From Agathobacter sp. (GTDB taxonomy: Bacteria; Bacillota; Clostridia; Lachnospirales; Lachnospiraceae): a stretch of 62,056 nt of DNA. The stretch lies in NCBI GenBank assembly GCA_045120755.1, contig JBGVFC010000072.1:1-62056 (forward strand). The letters run 5' to 3'. Every line of letters begins with the position of its first letter. Position 1 is the first letter of the stretch. The translations under genes were made by a program, and so were the position numbers. This document shows, piece by piece, positions 56,768 to 62,056 of this stretch. Below the pieces are notes generated by a model. It had not been told where the DNA came from. It ran no database searches and saw only the letters and a list, made by a program, of their open reading frames with translations.

Positions 56768-56881
56768 ACATAAATGTTAATTTTTTATTAAACCCTTTTT
56801 TCTGGCGCGAACTTCATATATAATAGAAGATATGTGTAGGAAAATAGAAATTTTCAGATGAAAAAAGCAAGGAGTGATTGC

Positions 56882-58213
56882 ATGGAAGAAAGAGATATCA
56901 GTATTTATGCTGCGAAGAAACAGCAGATGTGCATTACCAATGATACCATATCCGACAACCTTTTTAAGGAATACGGGGTGAACCGTGGATTGCGTGATGT
57001 GAACGGCAAGGGTGTACTTACGGGATTAACCAAGATTTCCAAGATTATTTCATTCGATGAATCGTCGGGTGAGAAGGTGCCGTGTGACGGAGAATTGTGG
57101 TATCGTGGATACAATGTCAAGACTCTGATTCGCAATCTGGACGAAGACGAATATGGATTTGAGAAGACCGCGTATCTGTTATTGTTCGGAGTATTGCCGA
57201 GCGCGGATGAATTGGAAGAATTTTCCACCATACTCGGTAAATGCAGGACGCTTCCGACCAATTTTACCCGCGATGTTATTATGAAGGCGCCATCGAAGGA
57301 TATCATGAATTCCATGACACGCAGTATCCTTACGCTTGCCTCTTATGATGATAAGACTTCCGTAGGCGGAATTGACAATTGCATTCGTCAGTGTATTCAG
57401 CTGATTGCTGAATTCCCGATGCTCGCAGTCTACGGTTATCATGCATACAATCATTACGAAAATGATTCGAGCATGTATATTCACCGGCCGGATCCGGCTC
57501 TGTCTACCGCAGAGAATTTCCTGCGTATGCTGCGTCCGGATAACCAGTACACCAAGCTGGAGGCGAAGGTGCTGGATGTTGCCCTGATGCTTCATATGGA
57601 GCATGGCGGCGGCAATAACTCGACCTTCACCACGCGCGTGGTTACATCTGCAGGCACGGATACCTACTCGGCAATCGCAGCGGCTATGTCTTCATTGAAG
57701 GGACCAAAGCACGGCGGAGCCAATATCAAGGTGATGGAGATGATGACGGATATCCGCTCCCATGTCAAGGACTGGGGTGACCGCGATGAGGTCAAGGCAT
57801 ATCTTGCGAAGATTCTCGATGGAGAGGCTTTTGACCACAAGGGACTGATTTATGGTATGGGTCATGCCGTATATTCCCTGTCGGATCCGCGTGAGCGTAT
57901 CTTTCGTGGCTATGTGGAGATGCTTGCAGAGGCAAAGCACAAGGAGCATGATATGATGCTCTACAATATGATTGAAGAGGTAGCACCGGAACTGATTGCG
58001 GAGAAGAGACACATTTTCAAGGGTGTGAGCCCGAATGTCGATTTTTACAGTGGATTTGTGTATGAGATGCTCGGCATTCCGATGGAGCTGTACACACCGC
58101 TGTTTGCGATTGCGCGAATTGTCGGCTGGAGTGCACACCGTTTAGAGGAGATGGTGGGCATGAACAAGATTATCCGCCCTGCCTATATGAGCGTCATGGA
58201 GGAAATCGAGTAG
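56882..58213 (+). CDS. gltA: Citrate synthase (Si-type fold)
   Basis: L.YRGY, H.EHGGGN.STF, GPKHGGAN, G.GH.VY...DPR and PNVDFYSG motifs. Confidence 0.93.
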   Translation: MEERDISIYAAKKQQMCITNDTISDNLFKEYGVNRGLRDVNGKGVLTGLTKISKIISFDESSGEKVPCDGELWYRGYNVKTLIRNLDEDEYGFEKTAYLLLFGVLPSADELEEFSTILGKCRTLPTNFTRDVIMKAPSKDIMNSMTRSILTLASYDDKTSVGGIDNCIRQCIQLIAEFPMLAVYGYHAYNHYENDSSMYIHRPDPALSTAENFLRMLRPDNQYTKLEAKVLDVALMLHMEHGGGNNSTFTTRVVTSAGTDTYSAIAAAMSSLKGPKHGGANIKVMEMMTDIRSHVKDWGDRDEVKAYLAKILDGEAFDHKGLIYGMGHAVYSLSDPRERIFRGYVEMLAEAKHKEHDMMLYNMIEEVAPELIAEKRHIFKGVSPNVDFYSGFVYEMLGIPMELYTPLFAIARIVGWSAHRLEEMVGMNKIIRPAYMSVMEEIE

Positions 58214-58244
58214 GGAATTTTACAAGCGAAAGGAAGCATAAATC

Positions 58245-59477
58245 ATGGAGTTAACATATGAATATGTAGAAGGCGGCGTGTGTGCTGCTAAGGGATTTTC
58301 TGCGAATGGATTGAATTGTGGTCTGAATCCGGACCCACAGAAGAATGATCTTGGACTTATTTTTTCGGAGGAAATCTGCAATGCGGCCGCCGTATATACC
58401 ACGAATAAAGTAAAGGGAGCACCGATTCTGGTGACAAAGAAGCATCTTGCGGCTACCGGCAACAAGGCGAGAGCCGTCATTGTCAACAGCAAGAACGCGA
58501 ACACCTGCAATGCGGATGGGGAAGAGAAGGCGCAGGCGATGTGTGACCTTGCCGCAGAAGCACTCGGCATTCCGGCGGATGAGGTTATTGTTGCCTCCAC
58601 AGGTGTGATTGGTCAGATCCTTCCGATTGAACCGATTGCATCCCATATCAGTGAGCTTGCAAAGGGACTTGCGCCGGAGAATCACGGCAAGGCAGCCAAT
58701 GCCATTATGACCACGGATACCGTGAAGAAAGAAGTGGCAGTGCGTTTTGAACTGGATGGAAGAACCTGTACCATAGGCGGTATGGCGAAGGGAAGCGGCA
58801 TGATTCATCCGAATATGGCGACTACGCTCAATTTTGTTACGACGGATGTTGCCATTTCTGCAGAACTGATTCAGAAAGCCCTTTCCGAGATTGTTAAGAT
58901 TACCTACAACTGTCTGAGTATTGACGGAGATACTTCCACGAATGATATGGTAAGCATTATGTCCAACGGCCTTGCAGGCAATTCCATGATTACGGAAGAG
59001 GGCGAGGCTTACGAGGTATTCCGTCAGGGATTGTATGAAGTGCTGATGAACATGACCAAGATGCTTGCCAAGGACGGAGAGGGCGCAAGCAAGCTGCTTG
59101 AGTGTACCTGCGCAGGTGCACCGGACCTTGACACCGCCATTATTGTTGCGAAGAGTGTCATCCGTTCCCCGCTGTTTAAATGTGCGATGTTCGGAGAGGA
59201 TGCGAACTGGGGACGAATCCTGTGTGCAATCGGTTACGCGGAAGCTGAATTTGACATCAATAAGGTGGATGTGGATCTGGCATCCGCAAAGGGCAGTATC
59301 GCAGTATGCAGAAACGGAGCAGGAGTTGCATTTTCCGAAGAGGAGGCAAAGGTCATTCTCGGTGAGGATGAAATCTATATCAATATTGACCTTAAGCAGG
59401 GAGAAAATATTGCGAAAGCTTGGGGTTGCGATTTGACCTATGATTATGTTAAAATAAATGGAGATTATCGTTCTTAA
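58245..59477 (+). CDS. argJ: Bifunctional ornithine acetyltransferase / N-acetylglutamate synthase
   Basis: STGVIG, IMTTD, KGSGMIHPNMAT, DGDTSTND, DGEGA and D.NWGR motifs. Confidence 0.96.
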   Translation: MELTYEYVEGGVCAAKGFSANGLNCGLNPDPQKNDLGLIFSEEICNAAAVYTTNKVKGAPILVTKKHLAATGNKARAVIVNSKNANTCNADGEEKAQAMCDLAAEALGIPADEVIVASTGVIGQILPIEPIASHISELAKGLAPENHGKAANAIMTTDTVKKEVAVRFELDGRTCTIGGMAKGSGMIHPNMATTLNFVTTDVAISAELIQKALSEIVKITYNCLSIDGDTSTNDMVSIMSNGLAGNSMITEEGEAYEVFRQGLYEVLMNMTKMLAKDGEGASKLLECTCAGAPDLDTAIIVAKSVIRSPLFKCAMFGEDANWGRILCAIGYAEAEFDINKVDVDLASAKGSIAVCRNGAGVAFSEEEAKVILGEDEIYINIDLKQGENIAKAWGCDLTYDYVKINGDYRS

Positions 59478-59557
59478 TTGTTTTTGCATTGCTGGTACGG
59501 TAATTTTGGGCAGATTAGGTTTTGGATTCATAAGTGAATAGAGCAGATATAGGAACG

Positions 59558-59607
59558 AGGATGTTCAGGCAAGGGAATACTTTGCCCGGACATCCTTTTC
59601 TTTTTTT
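59558..59607 (+). terminator. Terminator after argJ
   Basis: AGGATGTTCAGGCAA / TTGCCCGGACATCCT followed by a long T tract. Confidence 0.75.
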
Positions 59608-59634
59608 CGAGAGTTTGGAATGGAGGAGAACGAT

Positions 59635-60105
59635 ATGAAATTCAAATTAGACAGTATTGACGAAAAAATCATTGAACTGTTGCAGGAAAATGCGCGAATT
59701 TCGATTAAAGATATTGCCGCAAAAGTATTTTTGTCATCTCCGGCAGTCACTGCCCGTATCGAACGACTGGAAAAAAACGGAATTATCATCGGTTATCACG
59801 CGCAGGTCGATCCGGCAGCACTTGGGTATCGTATCAAGGCATTTATCAATCTGGAAGTTGAGCCTTCACAGAAGCAGGATTTTTATCCTTTTATCGAGTC
59901 CATCGAGAATGTCATTGAATGCAACTGTGTCACCGGAGAGTATGCCATGCTGCTCGAGGTGGAATTCTGGAATACCGTGGAGCTGGACCATTTTATCAAT
60001 GACCTTCAGAGATTCGGAAAAACCCGCACGCAGATTGTCTTTTCCACCGCGGTCGAGCACAGAAATCTTCCAATCCGGATTCCGTTCGTTGAAAAGGCGC
60101 AGTAA
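59635..60105 (+). CDS. Lrp/AsnC-family regulator
   Basis: LD.ID.KI..LLQ.NAR, LS.PAV..RI.RLE..G.I.GY and VTG motifs. Confidence 0.93.
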   Translation: MKFKLDSIDEKIIELLQENARISIKDIAAKVFLSSPAVTARIERLEKNGIIIGYHAQVDPAALGYRIKAFINLEVEPSQKQDFYPFIESIENVIECNCVTGEYAMLLEVEFWNTVELDHFINDLQRFGKTRTQIVFSTAVEHRNLPIRIPFVEKAQ

Positions 60106-60189
60106 AACGCTTGCATTTTGCTGACAAGATGTGTAGAATAGTAACAGTGTAAATGCTATTACTATTTTAGCAGATATAAGGAGAATGAT

Positions 60190-60438
60190 ATGAGTCAGGC
60201 AAAGGTAGACAGATATAAACAAGAGAAGGCAAACCGCAAGAAAATCATGGCGCGTGAGAAGGCAGGACGTATCGCAGGAACCATTGCGGCATGGGTGATT
60301 TTAATCGGAATTGTCGGATGGGCAGGATTTACAGGATATCGGTATATTCAGGAGAATAAGCCTGCACAGACTTTTTACTGCGACACAGCACCGATTGATG
60401 AGTATCTGCAGCAGCTTGCAGCAGTTGATGCCGAGTAG
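60190..60438 (+). CDS. Small single-TM hypothetical protein
   Basis: TTGCAT-17bp-TAGAAT promoter, AAGGAG RBS, basic N-terminus (MSQAKVDRYK.EKANRK) plus one TM helix. Confidence 0.8.
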   Translation: MSQAKVDRYKQEKANRKKIMAREKAGRIAGTIAAWVILIGIVGWAGFTGYRYIQENKPAQTFYCDTAPIDEYLQQLAAVDAE

Positions 60439-60488
60439 CATCGGCAGTCTATGACAGACAAAGTTCATATAGTTGCCAATGAGAACAG

Positions 60489-60522
60489 AAGCATCACCGG
60501 GACGAATCCGGTGATGCTTTTT
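60489..60522. terminator. Bidirectional hairpin overlapping the 3' end of the minus-strand gene
   Basis: AAGCATCACCGG / CCGGTGATGCTT followed by Ts. Confidence 0.7.
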
Positions 60523-60940
60523 CAATGGCACTTTCGATTGCATTCAGAAGTACAATAGAAGTATATTGATTGCTCTGCGAATATGTAATGTTTTCCAGCG
60601 ATTGTGTATCAATGATTTGTTTGGATAATTCTTCCATTGCAGGTCTGACCAGAGGATACATGGTTTCTACTGTTTCGTCCAGATTCACCAGTGAGATGGA
60701 ATTGATATTATTTTCATCAACGATTACCTGTACATCCACTGCCGTATCATTGAGCATCACGGAAGAGGTGTAGACACCGGGAATGTAGGATATGGTATCG
60801 ACGGAAGCTCCATCCTCCTTATCTTTGGGTAGGAAAAGTGTCAGCAGAAGTATAATCAACAGGATTGCCAATACGGCTAATACCCCGGTAAAGACCAGTT
60901 CCTTGAGTCGCAGAACTACAATTTTTGTTTTTACACTCAT
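60494..60940 (-). CDS. Membrane-anchored hypothetical protein (FMN-binding-domain-like C-terminus)
   Basis: One TM helix, then Y.PGVYT....V.V.V....I..I and YTS..LL.AI..A.; GGAGG RBS. Confidence 0.75.
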   Translation of the reverse strand: MSVKTKIVVLRLKELVFTGVLAVLAILLIILLLTLFLPKDKEDGASVDTISYIPGVYTSSVMLNDTAVDVQVIVDENNINSISLVNLDETVETMYPLVRPAMEELSKQIIDTQSLENITYSQSNQYTSIVLLNAIESAIEKASPDSSR

Positions 60941-60967
60941 CATAAGCCTCCATTCACTGTTTATTGC

Positions 60968-60996
60968 ATTTTATGCGTAAATGCCGGTAATTATGA
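60968..60996 (-). promoter_or_regulatory. SigE-type promoter
   Basis: Minus strand TCATAAT-14bp-CATAAAAT. Confidence 0.6.
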
Positions 60997-61045
60997 GGCT
61001 GGAAAACTGTTTTGAAAATTTTTTGAAAAAATATGAAAATAATTG

Positions 61046-61074
61046 TTGACATATCCGCTTCCCTTTGATATTAT
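61046..61074 (+). promoter_or_regulatory. sigma-A promoter of the tRNA
   Basis: TTGACA-17bp-TATTAT with an A/T-rich UP region. Confidence 0.8.
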
Positions 61075-61113
61075 ACTAACTGTGCTTAGGAAATGAAGCA
61101 CAACAACAGAAAC

Positions 61114-61186
61114 GCGATAGTGGCGTAGTTGGTAACGCGCGACCTTGCCAAGGTCGAGACCGCGGGTTCGAGCCCCGTCTATCGCT
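61114..61186 (+). tRNA. tRNA-Gly (GCC)
   Basis: Acceptor stem GCGATAG/CTATCGC, anticodon arm CGACC-TTGCCAA-GGTCG, GGTTCGA T-loop. CCA is not encoded. Confidence 0.96.
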
Positions 61187-61198
61187 CTTATCTTAAAT

Positions 61199-61230
61199 AC
61201 CTTGTAAACGTTGAGTTTACAAGGTTTTTT
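61199..61230 (+). terminator. Hairpin after the tRNA
   Basis: ACCTTGTAAAC / GTTTACAAGGT followed by a T tract. Confidence 0.7.
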
Positions 61231-61276
61231 CTTTGTCAAGCTTGTGTTCGCTCTGGTTAATTAACCACTTCAATGG

Positions 61277-61916
61277 TTAAGAGAAATTTCTCTTATTTAA
61301 ACATTTCAAAGCATCATCCATATCGATTCCAGTAAAATAATTTTTCTTTGCCACTTCTGGTGAGTTGCCAAATAATTTAGATGCCAGAATAACATTTCCA
61401 CCAGATGAATTGATAACATCAGTAATAGCATTTCTGCGGAAACTGTGAGTACCTTTTTTAAAATCTTGATTTACTTCAATATCCAATTTTTTGCACATTC
61501 TTCGATAGAAGTTATAAACTGTATTGTTTGTAATAACTCCATTAGCACTATCAGCAGGAAATAAATATTTACTGTCTGGATAATACTTTCTATGAACCTC
61601 TTTTAATCTTTTGAGAAAATCATCTAATGCATCAGTAATTGGAAAATATCTGTCAACATAAGTTTTGGTGTGAGGAACAATAACAAAATGTTCTTTCTCT
61701 TTATCCGTTTTTTTGACAGTGAGTTGTTCTTTGTTGATTTCAATAAAGGTATCGTTGATGTCAGCCCATTCTAAGGGTGGAACTTCACCACGCCTTAATC
61801 CCATAAGAATCTGAATTTCAAGGGCGTATGCTGGAAGATAGGATGGTTTTTTCATCTGATACATATGCAGATAATCAATCATGTTATTAACTGTTGCATT
61901 GGAATGGTATCTTTTA
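61277..61916 (-). pseudogene. Tyrosine recombinase/integrase, catalytic half only
   Basis: GLRRGEV, HTKT, HSFRR and C-terminal Tyr (KNYF); low GC. The frame runs into an IS-like end at 61917 and then a stop, so the N-terminal binding domains are missing here. Confidence 0.8.
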
Positions 61917-62056
61917 GAGACCGTTTCAAGTTTTGTGTAAACTAAAAAAACCGATATAAGATATGTGAATAGTTTCTAAAGGGCAGAGCCGATTTTGATT
62001 GGTTCTGCCCTTACCTGCATTATACAGGGATTTTTCTGCATGTCAATGAAACCTGC
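61917..62056. mobile_element. IS256-family-like terminal region (continues beyond window)
   Basis: GAGACCGTTTCAAGTTTTGTGTAAA resembles IS256-family terminal inverted repeats (GA....TTTTGTGTAAA) and abruptly interrupts the integrase. No transposase is visible in the window. Confidence 0.65.

Noticed and set aside
58251-59531. 426-aa antisense ORF covering argJ
   Set aside because: It is in exact codon register with argJ, so it stays open simply because argJ avoids TTA, CTA and TCA codons. No protein motif is recognisable.

Overview
Chromosomal window from a spore-forming, motile, anaerobic Firmicute (gene content and codon style fit Lachnospiraceae; inferred, not proven). The left edge (about 1-7 kb) is AT-richer and accessory: a partial rhuM-family gene, a yefM-yoeB toxin-antitoxin pair, a BMP lipoprotein overlapping a chemoreceptor, an amine-dehydrogenase-like gene, and a flavodoxin/HxlR pair. 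The middle is mostly housekeeping: pyrE, purE/M/N/D plus an NCS2 permease, a four-subunit 2-oxoacid:ferredoxin oxidoreductase followed by LysR-DUF3737-MalY, a two-component system divergent from a sugar ABC operon, pflBA, MATE-rsmF-trmO-apt, spoVAD/AE, an ABC exporter pair, nrdDG, fliB, an mraY paralogue, an HD-GYP protein, a Csp-type protease, citrate synthase and argJ. The right edge has tRNA-Gly(GCC) followed by an integrase that an IS256-like end appears to interrupt. The most interesting non-obvious signals are: (i) a type I toxin-antitoxin locus with 5'-3' mRNA pairing and a LexA-like box; (ii) a perfect palindrome inside the rhuM coding sequence; (iii) two families of dispersed, long-hairpin intergenic elements with no transposase in the window; (iv) a CiaR-like direct repeat in front of the sugar ABC operon; (v) an outward promoter plus hairpin in the IS end. 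No CRISPR array, reverse transcriptase or rRNA was seen. All calls come from reading the sequence and motifs; no database searches were run.
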